From: Candidatus Omnitrophota bacterium
GTDB taxonomy: Bacteria; Omnitrophota; Omnitrophia; Omnitrophales; Danuiimicrobiaceae
Reading direction: 5' to 3'
Assembly: GCA_023247075.1 (NCBI GenBank)
Contig: JAHFHD010000004.1
Location: 1 to 39,822 of the forward strand
DNA length: 39,822 nucleotides
Shown: positions 8,456 through 18,548 of the stretch, one piece after another
Layout of the letters: the number at the start of each line of letters is the position of its first letter
Numbering within the stretch: the first letter of the stretch is position 1
The notes under the pieces: model-generated
What the model was told of the DNA's origin: nothing
Seen by the model: only the letters and a program-made list of their open reading frames with translations
Databases searched by the model: none
Program-made: the position numbers and the translations under genes

Positions 8456-9769
8456 ATGAAATTTAAAAAATTACCAATTCTTACTCTTCTCTCATTTTTG
8501 ATTGTCATTACTGGCTGCAGTAAAAAAACAGAATCCGGGATTACTACTGGACAGCCCAAAGTCATTAGCGTTGCGTTTTGGGGTTCGCCAGAGGAAATCA
8601 GCATTGTCACCAAATCAACAGAGGTATGGCAGAAGGCAAATCCCCAAATCCAAATTCGTTTTGAACACACTCCCTATTCTGGTTACGATTCAAAAATTTT
8701 GACACGCATTGCAGGCGGCGCAGCGCCCGATGTAATTGCCGCCGAGGTCAATTATTTTGTGACTTTTGCAACGCACAATGTGTTTTACGACCTCGCCCCT
8801 TTTATCAAAGCCGACACGGATTTTTCTTTAGATGATTTTTTCCCTTCCATTGTCAACCGTTTTAAGGTGGGGGACGCGGTTTATGCCATTCCAAGAGATG
8901 TGGCGCCTTTCGCCTGTGTTTTTTACAACGAGGATTTGTTTGACCAGGCAGGGCTCGCATACCCAAAAGACGATTGGACTTGGAACGATTTACTTTCAAT
9001 GGCAAAGGCACTTACAAAACGCGACAACACCGGACGCGTTACCCAGTATGGTTTCTACGGCTGGGCCTGGCAGGACTTTGTTTATGGCAATGGCGGCAGC
9101 CTTGTGGATGATGTGGCACATCCAACCAAAACTTTAATTGATGATCCAAAATCAATCGAAGGGCTCCAATTTTTTAGCGACTTGATTAACAAGCACCAAG
9201 TAATGCCCGCTCCAGTAGCGCTTGCCAATATGGGAATGGGCATCGACAACATGTTTGCAGGCGGAAGACTCGCCATGTTTCTCTCCGGAGTTTGGGAAAC
9301 ACCTGCGCTGCGCGAAAAATATTCTTTTCGCTGGAACGTAGCGATGTTTCCAAAGAATCAAAACGGCGTGCGCCGTTTTGGAAGCGGCGGTACAGGTTAT
9401 GGTGTTCTTAAATCAACCCGACATCCAAAAGAAGCGTGGGAAGTAGTGAAGCTGCTCACAAGCGCTCAAGTCCAAGCTGAAAGCGCAAGACGCGGACTTG
9501 CCCAGCCTTCGCGCCGCGCCGTTGCTTTGGGTAAAGATTGGGCAGAGAATAATCTTCCACCTCAAAATAAGCAGATGCTGAATGAAGCGGTTGATTATAT
9601 TGTGTTTGACCCCTTCCATCCAAAGTGGAGGGAGATTGAAGCAAAGCTGATTATTCCAGAACTTGATTTGTTAAAGTCCGGAAAGAAAACAGCCGTGGAG
9701 GCAGCGCATGACATCGCTCCAAAAATCAATCAATTGCTTGTCTCAATTAATAATCATTCAACGTCCTGA
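8456..9769 (+). CDS. Sugar ABC transporter substrate-binding lipoprotein
   Basis: Lipobox ITG|C; AGGAAPDV, FYNEDLFDQAG and WTWNDL motifs of cluster-1 carbohydrate-binding proteins. Confidence 0.9.
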   Translation: MKFKKLPILTLLSFLIVITGCSKKTESGITTGQPKVISVAFWGSPEEISIVTKSTEVWQKANPQIQIRFEHTPYSGYDSKILTRIAGGAAPDVIAAEVNYFVTFATHNVFYDLAPFIKADTDFSLDDFFPSIVNRFKVGDAVYAIPRDVAPFACVFYNEDLFDQAGLAYPKDDWTWNDLLSMAKALTKRDNTGRVTQYGFYGWAWQDFVYGNGGSLVDDVAHPTKTLIDDPKSIEGLQFFSDLINKHQVMPAPVALANMGMGIDNMFAGGRLAMFLSGVWETPALREKYSFRWNVAMFPKNQNGVRRFGSGGTGYGVLKSTRHPKEAWEVVKLLTSAQVQAESARRGLAQPSRRAVALGKDWAENNLPPQNKQMLNEAVDYIVFDPFHPKWREIEAKLIIPELDLLKSGKKTAVEAAHDIAPKINQLLVSINNHSTS

Positions 9770-9906
9770 AATTGGATTAAACATCAGGGCGCAACTTAAA
9801 CTAATGCCGCGTTAAGCCCATTTTGATGGGTGCGCGGCACTGCGCAGATTGAAATGGCGTTTTGGCCGTTTCAATTTTGACAGAGCACTAGGGAGTAAAA
9901 CGAAAG

Positions 9907-12366
9907 ATGAGCGAAACCATGGTGGCAACTAAAAAAAATTCAAGCAGCAAAGATGAATCCCCAAAAGCAGAAGCAAAAGCTTTTGAATCTAAATACGGGC
10001 ATTTCACAAAAGATGGCCGTGAGTATGTCATTACACGGCCGGACACGCCGCGTCCATGGGTCAATGTGCTTTCAAATGGTGATTATGGCGCGATTGAATC
10101 ACAAACCGGTTCCGGATTTTCGTGGCGCGACAATTCCAATCTTTCAAGAATCACGCGCTGGGAACAGGATTTAATTCGGGACAACTACGGCAAATACTTG
10201 TACCTTCGAGACCGAGACTCAGGTAATTACTGGTCTGCAACCTTTAAACCTTGCATGCCCAACTTCGATTTTTTTGAAGCGAGATACGGATTTGGCTACC
10301 TAATCTTAACCAGTGTTTTAAATGAAATCCGCGCAGAGAAAACGGTATTTGTGCTTCAAAATGAACCAGCCGAAGTTTGGCGTCTTGTGCTTACTAATGA
10401 ATCCGACCGGACACGCAATTTGAGCGTGTTCAGTTATTTTGAATGGTGCCTTGGAAACGCAGCCGACACGCATCGGGAATTTCAAAAAACATTTATCGAA
10501 ACCTGGTTTGACGCAAAACTCGGAGCGTTGTGGGGAATGAAACGCGCAGCACTTGTGCCGGGTTTTATTTCAACCGGTTTGTCAGAAAATCCGCTCACGG
10601 CTTTTCTGGCGCTTGCCAACGTCAAACCTGCCGGATTCGAGGGGGCAAAGGAAAACTTTTTAGGTCGCTACGGCGAAATGCATTCTCCCGAAAGTGTTCG
10701 GCTTGGAAAATTAACAAACACAACCGGAAAACATTATGACCCAATGGCGGGCCTTCAGGCCGATGTTTCTCTTGAGCCCGGAGAAAGCAAAACGCTCATC
10801 TTTGTACTGGGCGGAACGAGCGACCAAGCGCAAGCTGCACGAATTGTGAAGCAGGTTGCCAGTGAAGCAAAAGCAGAAACTGCATTAAATGAGGTCAAAC
10901 TATTTTGGCGGGAACTTTTCGACCAAACGATGATTGACACGCCTGACGAAGCGATGAATTTTATGACCAACGGTTGGCTCAAATATCAAGCAATTGCCGG
11001 CCGAATTTGGGCGAAATGCGGTTATTACCAATCAAGCGGCGGTTATGGATTCCGCGACCAACTTCAAGACAGCCACATTTTTCTTCCGCTCAAACCTGAG
11101 TGGACGAAGAAACAAATTTTGGTGCATGCCGAACAGCAATTTGCAGATGGAACGGTGCATCACTGGTGGCATCCGGGAACTAAAATTGCGGCGGTGACTC
11201 ACATGACCGATGATCTTCTGTGGCTCGCGTTTCTCACGCTCCATTATTTGGAAGAGACCGGGGACATGGCGATTTTAAACACCAAGGTTAATTTTTTGCC
11301 GGACCCAAAAACAAAAAAAGTGACAAGCGCCACGCTTTACGACCATTGCGCAAGAGCAATTGATTGCGTGCTTGGCCGGTGGTCAAAGCGCGGACTTCCA
11401 TTAATTGGTGAAGGGGACTGGAATGATGGGTTGAGCCACGTGGGCCTGAAATGGAAGGGCGAATCGATTTGGCTTGGACAATTTCTGTACGGAATTCTTC
11501 AGAAATTTGTACCTCTTTGCGAGCTCAAGAAAGAACGCGCTCGTGCGGCCAAATATTTGAAACGTGCGGAAGCCCTTAAAACAGCCATCAATAAACACGG
11601 CTGGGAAGGCGACCGTTACATTGGCGCAACCCGAGACGATGGCCGTCCACTCGGAAGCAAAACTCAAAAAGAAGGGAAAATTTTCTTAAACACCCAGACA
11701 TGGGCGGTCATTCAAAATGCAGCGACGCCAGAACGGGCAAAAATTTGTATGGAGACAGCAGAGAAACTTCTATTTAAAAAATATGGTCCGCTTCTTCTAA
11801 CGCCTGCCTACACGGTAACGGATCCAACCATCGGTTACCTTTCCCGGTATGCGCCTGCTGTTCGGGAAAACGGCGGCCTTTACACGCATGCCGGCACATG
11901 GGCAATTCAGGCGCTTGCGATGATGGGTAGTGGTGATAAAGCGCATGAGGTGTATCAAAGTTTTTCGCCGATCTTGAGGAGTTCTGACCCAGATCTTTAT
12001 TTCGTGGAGCCTTATGTGTTGCCTGGAAATGTGGATGGACCTGAATCACCACACTTTGGCCGCGGCGGCTGGACTTGGTACACGGGCGCCGCCGGTTGGT
12101 ATTTTAGAGTCGTACTGGATTATGTGCTTGGAATCCACGCCACTTTAGATGGACTTCAAATCAATCCCAGCATTCCAAAAAAATGGGATGGATTTAAAGT
12201 GAAACGTCTCTTTAGGGGCGCCACCTATGAAATCGCGGTTCGGAATCCGAACCACGTTTCATCCGGGGTCAAGAAAATAACAGTTAATGGCGAGCCCATC
12301 GAAGGAAATGTTTTAAAACCACTTAGTGAAAAGGGTCCACACAAGGTAAGCGTAACACTTGGGTAA
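9907..12366 (+). CDS. GH94 glycoside phosphorylase (cellobiose phosphorylase/NdvB-like)
   Basis: TPRPWVNVL, YQSSGGYGFRDQLQD, GDWNDG (catalytic Asp), RENGGLYTHA and GGWTWYTGAA motifs. Confidence 0.93.
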   Translation: MSETMVATKKNSSSKDESPKAEAKAFESKYGHFTKDGREYVITRPDTPRPWVNVLSNGDYGAIESQTGSGFSWRDNSNLSRITRWEQDLIRDNYGKYLYLRDRDSGNYWSATFKPCMPNFDFFEARYGFGYLILTSVLNEIRAEKTVFVLQNEPAEVWRLVLTNESDRTRNLSVFSYFEWCLGNAADTHREFQKTFIETWFDAKLGALWGMKRAALVPGFISTGLSENPLTAFLALANVKPAGFEGAKENFLGRYGEMHSPESVRLGKLTNTTGKHYDPMAGLQADVSLEPGESKTLIFVLGGTSDQAQAARIVKQVASEAKAETALNEVKLFWRELFDQTMIDTPDEAMNFMTNGWLKYQAIAGRIWAKCGYYQSSGGYGFRDQLQDSHIFLPLKPEWTKKQILVHAEQQFADGTVHHWWHPGTKIAAVTHMTDDLLWLAFLTLHYLEETGDMAILNTKVNFLPDPKTKKVTSATLYDHCARAIDCVLGRWSKRGLPLIGEGDWNDGLSHVGLKWKGESIWLGQFLYGILQKFVPLCELKKERARAAKYLKRAEALKTAINKHGWEGDRYIGATRDDGRPLGSKTQKEGKIFLNTQTWAVIQNAATPERAKICMETAEKLLFKKYGPLLLTPAYTVTDPTIGYLSRYAPAVRENGGLYTHAGTWAIQALAMMGSGDKAHEVYQSFSPILRSSDPDLYFVEPYVLPGNVDGPESPHFGRGGWTWYTGAAGWYFRVVLDYVLGIHATLDGLQINPSIPKKWDGFKVKRLFRGATYEIAVRNPNHVSSGVKKITVNGEPIEGNVLKPLSEKGPHKVSVTLG

Positions 12367-12396
12367 TTTTTCAAAGCTTTAATGCTAAGGTATTAA

Positions 12397-12425
12397 TTGA
12401 CTAGGTTTTCAAGCAGCACTATAAT
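12397..12425 (+). promoter_or_regulatory. Near-consensus sigma70 promoter
   Basis: TTGACT-N17-TATAAT upstream of the CDS at 12489. Confidence 0.75.
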
Positions 12426-12488
12426 CAACACACTTTTTTAAAGCTTTTAATTCTTCTCAAAAGAAGTTAATTTACACTCATCAATTTA

Positions 12489-14492
12489 ATGGCTCTGGAA
12501 TTATTTTCCAATTTAAAAGTCAGGGCCGCATTCTTGCTCTTTCTCAGTATGGCAAGCTGTCCAAGTCTAATTTTGGGCGCTCCATTTGATGAAATCTCAC
12601 CACATAAAAATTTTGCCTCAAACAGTAAGTTTCAGGTGATTGATGACTTTGATTCTGGCATTTCTCAAAGTCATGTACAGACAAAATGGGAAATGCGCGG
12701 GTCTGGGGGTTCTGAGATTTCAGCAACCTCCATATCCGAAGATGGTTTTAAAAAATGGGGAAGAGCTGCACAATTAAATTACACCATCTCAAAACACAGC
12801 AGCGTAGAATTTTTCGTGCCGCTTGAGGGGCTTGACGTAAGCCGAGCAAAAGGGCTTATGCTTCTTGTTAAAACAGAAGAACTGAATACACTAGGCAACA
12901 TTACAGTGTCGCTTTCTGACATGGCTGGACATCAAAGAGCAGCAGATTTGAAGCAATTTGTGATGACGCCTACTCCAAAAACAGTTCAATCTGGGTGGAG
13001 TGTAGTTGATGTCCCAATTCAGAAATTCCAATTGCTGGACTTAAGCCGCCTTGAGCGGCTTACTTTCTTGATTGAAAGCGAAAATGCGAGCCATGGGCAA
13101 ATTACTTTTGATGAGCTTGCGTTCTTTGGCACGGGCGACCTTGTATTTGATTCTCATCGGGACAATTTGATTGCATTCCCCAAACAAACTGTCCAGTCAA
13201 AGAGACGCGAGGCGCTTTTGCGTCCCCAAGCCGACGCAACATTTTTTATGGAAATTGCCAAAGATACGTGGGGATATTTTAGAGACGAGACAGACCGCGA
13301 CACAGGGCTTTTGGTTGATCACATCCGGCTTGGGAAACAAAAAAGCATCGGAAGTTATATCAGCCCCACCAACATTGCTTTTTACTGGCTTGCGTGCGTG
13401 GCTGCAAGCGAATTGGAGATTATTTCAAAGCAGGAAGCCATAAAACTTGTTCGAAAAAGCTTTGAGTCTTTTAAAAAGCTGGAACGCTGGGAAAATGGAT
13501 TCCTTTTTAATTTTTATCAAACCAGGAGCTCAATTCCCACACGGCGCTATGTTTCTACGGTTGACAATGGCTGGCTTGCAGCCGCACTTGTTGTTTTAAG
13601 GCAGGCATTTCCAAATGAGTTTGGCGCGGAAGCAACTGCTTACCTTGATGAACTCGATTTTTCAAAATTTTATGACTCAAAAAACGGCCAGCTTCGAATC
13701 GGTTATGACGCTGACAAACATGCATATGCGCCTTATCACTACGGCCTTTTGGTCACTGAAGCGCGCATTGCAAGTTACGTTGCAATTGGAAAAGGAGACA
13801 TTGGCCGCGAGCATTGGGCGAAAATGTACCGAACCCTTCCCGGCTCTTGGGAGTGGCAAAAGCAAGCGCCCGGGGGAGCCGAGAAAACTCTTTTTGGCGT
13901 ACCTGTTTTTGAGGGTCATTACACTCATGCCGAACACTCATTTGTTCCAAGCTGGGGTGGTTCGCTCTTTGAATTTCTAGCACCAACTTTAGTGGTTGAT
14001 GAGCAGGCGTTTGCGCCAAAAAGTTTGGGAAAGAACAATCGATTGGCAGCCCAACTTCATGTAGAATATGCGCTGCATGAAAAAGGCTACCCAGTTTGGG
14101 GGCTTGCGCCATGCGCCATTCAAAACGGAAACGGATGGAGTTACCGAGAATACGGCGCGCCAGAGCTTGGCGCAAAAGGGTATTCGGATCTCGGGATTGT
14201 TGCCCCTTACGCATCTTTGTTAGCAATTGAAATTGATTCTGACGCGGTCAGTCGGAATGCGCGTGAATTTCTGAGCCGTTACAAAACCATTTATGGGCCT
14301 TACGGGTTTTATGATTCAGTTCAGGTTTCAAATAGCGGGATCAATCCCCAGTATCTTGCGCTTGACCAGGGGATGATTTTTATTGCCATTGCAAACTATT
14401 TAAAACACGGCACGATTCGGAACTACTTTCACCAAGATCCGGTTGGAAAAGTAGTTCAGGAGTTGATTCAAGAAGAAGAGTTCTTGCTGTGA
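12489..14492 (+). CDS. Secreted DUF3131/'glucoamylase'-type glycoside hydrolase (GH144/GH189 beta-1,2-glucan clan) with N-terminal CBM-like domain
   Basis: Signal-like N-terminus; SPTNI, YVSTVDNGWL, EARIASY, SWGGSLFEFL, GPYGFYDS and YLALDQGM motifs resemble the cyclic beta-1,2-glucan synthase middle domain and GH144. Confidence 0.8.
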   Translation: MALELFSNLKVRAAFLLFLSMASCPSLILGAPFDEISPHKNFASNSKFQVIDDFDSGISQSHVQTKWEMRGSGGSEISATSISEDGFKKWGRAAQLNYTISKHSSVEFFVPLEGLDVSRAKGLMLLVKTEELNTLGNITVSLSDMAGHQRAADLKQFVMTPTPKTVQSGWSVVDVPIQKFQLLDLSRLERLTFLIESENASHGQITFDELAFFGTGDLVFDSHRDNLIAFPKQTVQSKRREALLRPQADATFFMEIAKDTWGYFRDETDRDTGLLVDHIRLGKQKSIGSYISPTNIAFYWLACVAASELEIISKQEAIKLVRKSFESFKKLERWENGFLFNFYQTRSSIPTRRYVSTVDNGWLAAALVVLRQAFPNEFGAEATAYLDELDFSKFYDSKNGQLRIGYDADKHAYAPYHYGLLVTEARIASYVAIGKGDIGREHWAKMYRTLPGSWEWQKQAPGGAEKTLFGVPVFEGHYTHAEHSFVPSWGGSLFEFLAPTLVVDEQAFAPKSLGKNNRLAAQLHVEYALHEKGYPVWGLAPCAIQNGNGWSYREYGAPELGAKGYSDLGIVAPYASLLAIEIDSDAVSRNAREFLSRYKTIYGPYGFYDSVQVSNSGINPQYLALDQGMIFIAIANYLKHGTIRNYFHQDPVGKVVQELIQEEEFLL

Positions 14493-14596
14493 AGGTGCAA
14501 AATCAGAACTCAAATCAGAAATTAGTTTTTAATCGTTAATACACAAAATTATTTAACAAGCAAATAAAAATCAAATGTTCGAAAGGAGAAACAAAA

Positions 14597-15223
14597 ATGA
14601 TGAAACCATATGCAATTGCGCTTTTAGTGATTGCGCTTGTTTGGTCAACACCAGTGCTGGCAGAAGAAGCTCAGGAATTTCCAGGCGTTTCCAGCGGAAC
14701 AGTTGGCGCAGAACTTGTCATCGCCGATTTTAATTCAGGGGACAAACCGAATAATGTTGGAGGGGATTTTGGTTCTTGGGACAAAGACCCCAATGATGAA
14801 AGCCAGGGCGCCAAGATTAATTTTGAGTCAGGAGACGCTCTTGGCGACGACACAGGTTACTCGCTTCGTATTGACTATGACGTCGACTCTTCAAATCCCG
14901 CGTACAATGGTTTGTGGATGAAACTCCAGAATCTGGACGCCACCAAGTACAATACTCTTTCATTTTATGTTCGCGGAGACGTGCAGCGCGGTTTTACCAA
15001 GCGGGTAAAAATTGAATTGAAAGATAATTCCGGTCAATCATCTCAATTCATCATCACAGGCATTACCGAGCAATGGCAGAAATTTTCAATTCCTTTTGAA
15101 AAATTTCGCCGAATCAAATCTTGGGACGCACTTACTGAGTTTGTATTGGTGTTTGATGACATCAACACAAATCCAAAAACCGGTTCTATTTACGTAGATC
15201 AAATTGCGCTTTCCTCTGAGTAA
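14597..15223 (+). CDS. Secreted carbohydrate-binding (CBM11/CIA30-like) domain protein
   Basis: Signal peptide VLA|EE; LVIADFN, LSFYVRG, WQKFSIPF and GSIYVDQI beta-sandwich pattern; AAGGAG RBS. Confidence 0.75.
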   Translation: MMKPYAIALLVIALVWSTPVLAEEAQEFPGVSSGTVGAELVIADFNSGDKPNNVGGDFGSWDKDPNDESQGAKINFESGDALGDDTGYSLRIDYDVDSSNPAYNGLWMKLQNLDATKYNTLSFYVRGDVQRGFTKRVKIELKDNSGQSSQFIITGITEQWQKFSIPFEKFRRIKSWDALTEFVLVFDDINTNPKTGSIYVDQIALSSE

Positions 15224-15275
15224 TAGCGATGAGAAAAGCACAAGAATATTTAAGTCTTAAGAAAGGAGGGCAATC

Positions 15276-16493
15276 GTGATTAAACAAATGCTTTTGAAGG
15301 ACAGAATTCTCACTGACAGGGAACGGAAAAATCTTGCCATTCTTGAGGTGGTTCGTAAAAACGGGCCTATTTCAAGAACGGATATTTCAAAAATCACCGA
15401 GCTCAACATTGTGACCGTTTCCAATTACGTGGCGCATTACATCAAACAGGGGTTGATTATCGAAGGAGAATTGGATGAATCAACAGGCGGCCGCAAGCCG
15501 GTTTTGGTGGAGCTTAACCCAAAGGCGGGTTACATCGTGGGCGTGGGTCTCAACATGCTCAACATGGTGGGCGTGCTTGTGGATCTTGAAATCAACGTGA
15601 TTACAGAAATCAAGCGGGAACGCATCCCTGAAAACTCTGAAGCAGTCGTCAATCAAATGGTGGACCTGGTTGCAGAGTTAATTGACAAGTCTGACGTAGA
15701 CAAAACTAAAATCGTAGGTGCAGGTGCAGGCATCCCGGGAATCATTGACGAACGCGGGCGAACTGTCCGGTGGCCGCAGAGTTTGGGCGAAAAAGATATT
15801 TCCGTCTGCCTTTCAATCAAGGACACATTTGAACGGCGGCTTAAAATTCCAACCTTCGTTGAAAACGATGCAAACGCGGCCGTTTTGGGCGAGAAATGGC
15901 TTGGGCTTGACCGGGACGTCAAACATCTTTTGTACATGTTTTCAGGCGTCGGTGTCGGCATTATTGTGAACGGGGAAATTTACCGCGGGGTAAGCGGTGC
16001 GGCCGGAGAGCTTGGCATTTCCAGTCCAAAGATTGATGCGAGTGAAGTGCTTGCTTTAGCACCCCAACTCGGGCGATGGGAAATGGATCTTGGCATGACC
16101 CGAAGAGCCCGTGAATTGGTCAAAAAGGGAAACACCTCTGTTTTAAAAGATTTGGCAAGCGGCGACGCAGACAAAATTAGCTTGAAAGATTTTGTGAAAG
16201 CGGTAAAACAAAAAGACCCGCTTGCGCTTCGAGTGGTCGAAGAGGGCGGTTACGCACTTGGCAAAAAGATTGCATTCCTCGTGAATCTTTTGAATCCGGA
16301 AATTGTCGTGATTGGTGGAGGCATTGAAGATTGCGGCGCGCCGCTTTTAGATGCGATTAAGAATGCGGTGAAAGAGTGGGCAATTGAAGAAGCTGCTTCG
16401 CGCGCGAAAATTATTCCGTCTGCTTTTGGAGAAAATGCAGTTGCTTTAGGCGTTGTTGGTATTGTGGCCCGAGAAGTGTTTGCGCAGGCTTAA
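15276..16493 (+). CDS. ROK family transcriptional regulator
   Basis: N-terminal HTH (GPISRTDI...STGGRKP); ENDANAAVLGE, GVGVGII and GAAGELG motifs; AAGGAGG RBS with GTG start. Confidence 0.93.
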   Translation: MIKQMLLKDRILTDRERKNLAILEVVRKNGPISRTDISKITELNIVTVSNYVAHYIKQGLIIEGELDESTGGRKPVLVELNPKAGYIVGVGLNMLNMVGVLVDLEINVITEIKRERIPENSEAVVNQMVDLVAELIDKSDVDKTKIVGAGAGIPGIIDERGRTVRWPQSLGEKDISVCLSIKDTFERRLKIPTFVENDANAAVLGEKWLGLDRDVKHLLYMFSGVGVGIIVNGEIYRGVSGAAGELGISSPKIDASEVLALAPQLGRWEMDLGMTRRARELVKKGNTSVLKDLASGDADKISLKDFVKAVKQKDPLALRVVEEGGYALGKKIAFLVNLLNPEIVVIGGGIEDCGAPLLDAIKNAVKEWAIEEAASRAKIIPSAFGENAVALGVVGIVAREVFAQA

Positions 16494-16529
16494 AAGCCCT
16501 TCGTAAAACAAGCCACTGCTCGGATCAAA

Positions 16530-16598
16530 CACCCGCTTTTACGTACAGATGATGTGCCAGCGCCAATGCGTCGTATGTAAAAGCGGGTGCATCTTTTT
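16530..16598 (+). terminator. Probable terminator hairpin after the ROK gene
   Basis: cacccgcttttacgtac...gtatgtaaaagcgggtg long stem followed by catcttttt. Confidence 0.55.
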
Positions 16599-16684
16599 CA
16601 ATCCCATCAGAAATTTTTTGTAATCCAAATATCATAGAAAAACACAGAATCAATTTTCAATTTATTTCACACAGGAGGACACAA

Positions 16685-17227
16685 ATGTCAACAGGAGTCA
16701 CTGTTTGGTTTACAGGCTTGTCCGGAGCGGGAAAGTCTACTATCGCCAGAATTTTAGAAAAGCGATTGAAAGACATGGGCCGCAAAGTTGAAATTTTGGA
16801 TGGAGACGTTGTTAGAACCAACTTAAGCAAAGGCCTTGGATTTTCAAAAGAAGACCGGGACACCAACATTAAACGGATTGGATTTGTCTGCCATTTGCTT
16901 ACCCGAAATGATGTAATTGCAATTTCCGCAGCCATATCCCCATACCGGGCTGTGCGGGATTATAATCGGAGCTTAATCGGAAATTTTGTAGAGGTGTTCA
17001 CAAAATGTTCCATCGACGAATGTGAGAAGCGCGACGTCAAGGGTCTTTATAAAAAAGCAAGAGCCGGAGAAATCAAAGGCTTCACTGGAGTCGATGACCC
17101 TTACGAGGAGCCGCTTCATGCCGAGGTGGTATGTGAAACAGACAAACAAACACCCGAAGAGTCAGCAGAACAAATTTTAAAAAAACTCGAAGAGCTTGGG
17201 TATATTCACCAAGCGTGCAAAGCATAG
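16685..17227 (+). CDS. cysC: Adenylyl-sulfate kinase
   Basis: [26 protein letters not shown] and FTGVDDPYE motifs; AGGAGG RBS. Confidence 0.97.
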   Translation: MSTGVTVWFTGLSGAGKSTIARILEKRLKDMGRKVEILDGDVVRTNLSKGLGFSKEDRDTNIKRIGFVCHLLTRNDVIAISAAISPYRAVRDYNRSLIGNFVEVFTKCSIDECEKRDVKGLYKKARAGEIKGFTGVDDPYEEPLHAEVVCETDKQTPEESAEQILKKLEELGYIHQACKA

Positions 17228-17272
17228 ATTTCTTTGTCTAAAGTTAGTAATACTCAAAAGGTTAATTGAGAC

Positions 17273-18133
17273 ATGAAGCGCTGTGACCTCCATATGCATT
17301 CAACACATTCAGATGGTACTGTGCCACCAAGAGAATTGGTTCAGCTTGCCAAGGAGGCAGGACTTGCCTGCATTGCGCTCACAGACCACGACACATTGGA
17401 TGGCGTTAGGGAGGCCCAGGAAGAAGGTCGGCGGCTTGGGGTTGAGGTAATTCCCGGCGTTGAAATCAGCGTTAAGTTTGAGCCGGGCACGCTGCATATT
17501 TTGGGGTATTTCGTAGACCTAAACTCTAAAGAACTCGCCGCAGGACTTGAGAAAGTTCAACAAGCCAGAAAAGAAAGAAACCCAAAAATCATTGAGCTTT
17601 TGAGAACAAGTGGTGTTGAAATTACGCTTGAAGAAGTAGAGCGGGAATCAAATGGCGGTCAAATTGGAAGGCCTCATTTTGCGCGCGTGCTGATTCGAAA
17701 GGGATATGCTAAAGATTCAAAAGAAGCGTTTCAAAAATATCTTTCCAAAGGCGCGTCTGCTTATGTTGACAAACGAAATTTAACCAGTCAGGAAGCGCTT
17801 GACTTAATTAATCGCTCCGGTGGAGTGGCTTCAATTGCGCACCCCAAGCAAATGAAATTAGATGAAACACCCTCACAGCTTGAGGCGGAAGTAAAGCGCC
17901 TCAAAACAGAAGGAATGCTTGGGATTGAAGCTTATTCAAGCTGTCAGTCACGCGAAGAAGCAAGCGTTTACCGAGCGCTTGCCGAGCGGCTTGGTTTGCT
18001 TGTGACGGGTGGAAGCGATTTTCATGGGTCGAACAAGCCAAACATCCGGCTTGGTCAAATGGGACAAGGAGCAGCCATTCCCTATGAAACCGTAGATCAA
18101 ATGAGAAAAATAATTTTAGACCGAAAACTTTAA
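17273..18133 (+). CDS. PHP-domain phosphoesterase (TrpH/YciV-like; possible pAp phosphatase)
   Basis: DLHMHSTHSDG, LTDHDT, GVEIS, GRPHFA, IAHP and GGSDFHG motifs. Confidence 0.9.
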   Translation: MKRCDLHMHSTHSDGTVPPRELVQLAKEAGLACIALTDHDTLDGVREAQEEGRRLGVEVIPGVEISVKFEPGTLHILGYFVDLNSKELAAGLEKVQQARKERNPKIIELLRTSGVEITLEEVERESNGGQIGRPHFARVLIRKGYAKDSKEAFQKYLSKGASAYVDKRNLTSQEALDLINRSGGVASIAHPKQMKLDETPSQLEAEVKRLKTEGMLGIEAYSSCQSREEASVYRALAERLGLLVTGGSDFHGSNKPNIRLGQMGQGAAIPYETVDQMRKIILDRKL

Positions 18134-18203
18134 ATAATACTTTCTGACATTTAATTGTATGGGCAGAAGGTATTGTGCGAGTGCATCCCACTTCATCCAG
18201 TGT

Positions 18204-18266
18204 GTCATTCTGAGGCGAAGCCGAAGAATCTAGCGAACTTAGATCCTTCGCTTCACTCAGGATGAC
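18204..18266. repeat. REP-like palindrome (GTCATTCTGAG...CTCAGGATGAC class)
   Basis: gtcattctgaggcgaagccgaagaatctagcgaacttagatccttcgcttcactcaggatgac. Confidence 0.88.
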
Positions 18267-18331
18267 ATGAAAAACAATTGCATCAAGTGGTATACGCCCG
18301 CATGCCTTTAACTCATACATCGAATACTGGC

Positions 18332-18523
18332 GCACATAATCGTAGGCAACTTTGGACGTTGCCTACGATTAGTGCTGGTGCATTGGCACCTGCATCAGGC
18401 GCCGGCACATCATCGTAGACGGACATCAAGTCCGTCACAATGAGTACTGGCGCATTAGCGCCGGCACATCATCGTAGACGGACATCAAGTCCGTCACAAT
18501 GAGTACTGGCGCATTAGCGCCGG
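18332..18523. repeat. Tandem array of ~59-bp hairpin units (two identical plus one diverged)
   Basis: Identical 59-bp units start at 18399 and 18458, with a partial third at 18517; a diverged unit starts at 18332; each has a GTAG-led hairpin. Confidence 0.85.
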
Positions 18524-18548
18524 AAAAATAAAATGAAACTCGGCACTA

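Noticed and set aside
9757-9880. Three consecutive hairpins before the GH94 gene as a riboswitch
   Set aside because: No recognisable aptamer consensus; more likely a terminator or mRNA-stabilising stems.
12445-12472. ROK operator downstream of the 12397 promoter
   Set aside because: Only an imperfect AT-rich palindrome, with no second copy found at other promoters of the locus.
18332-18523. Possible CRISPR array
   Set aside because: Units are duplicated whole with no unique spacers, and there are no cas genes.
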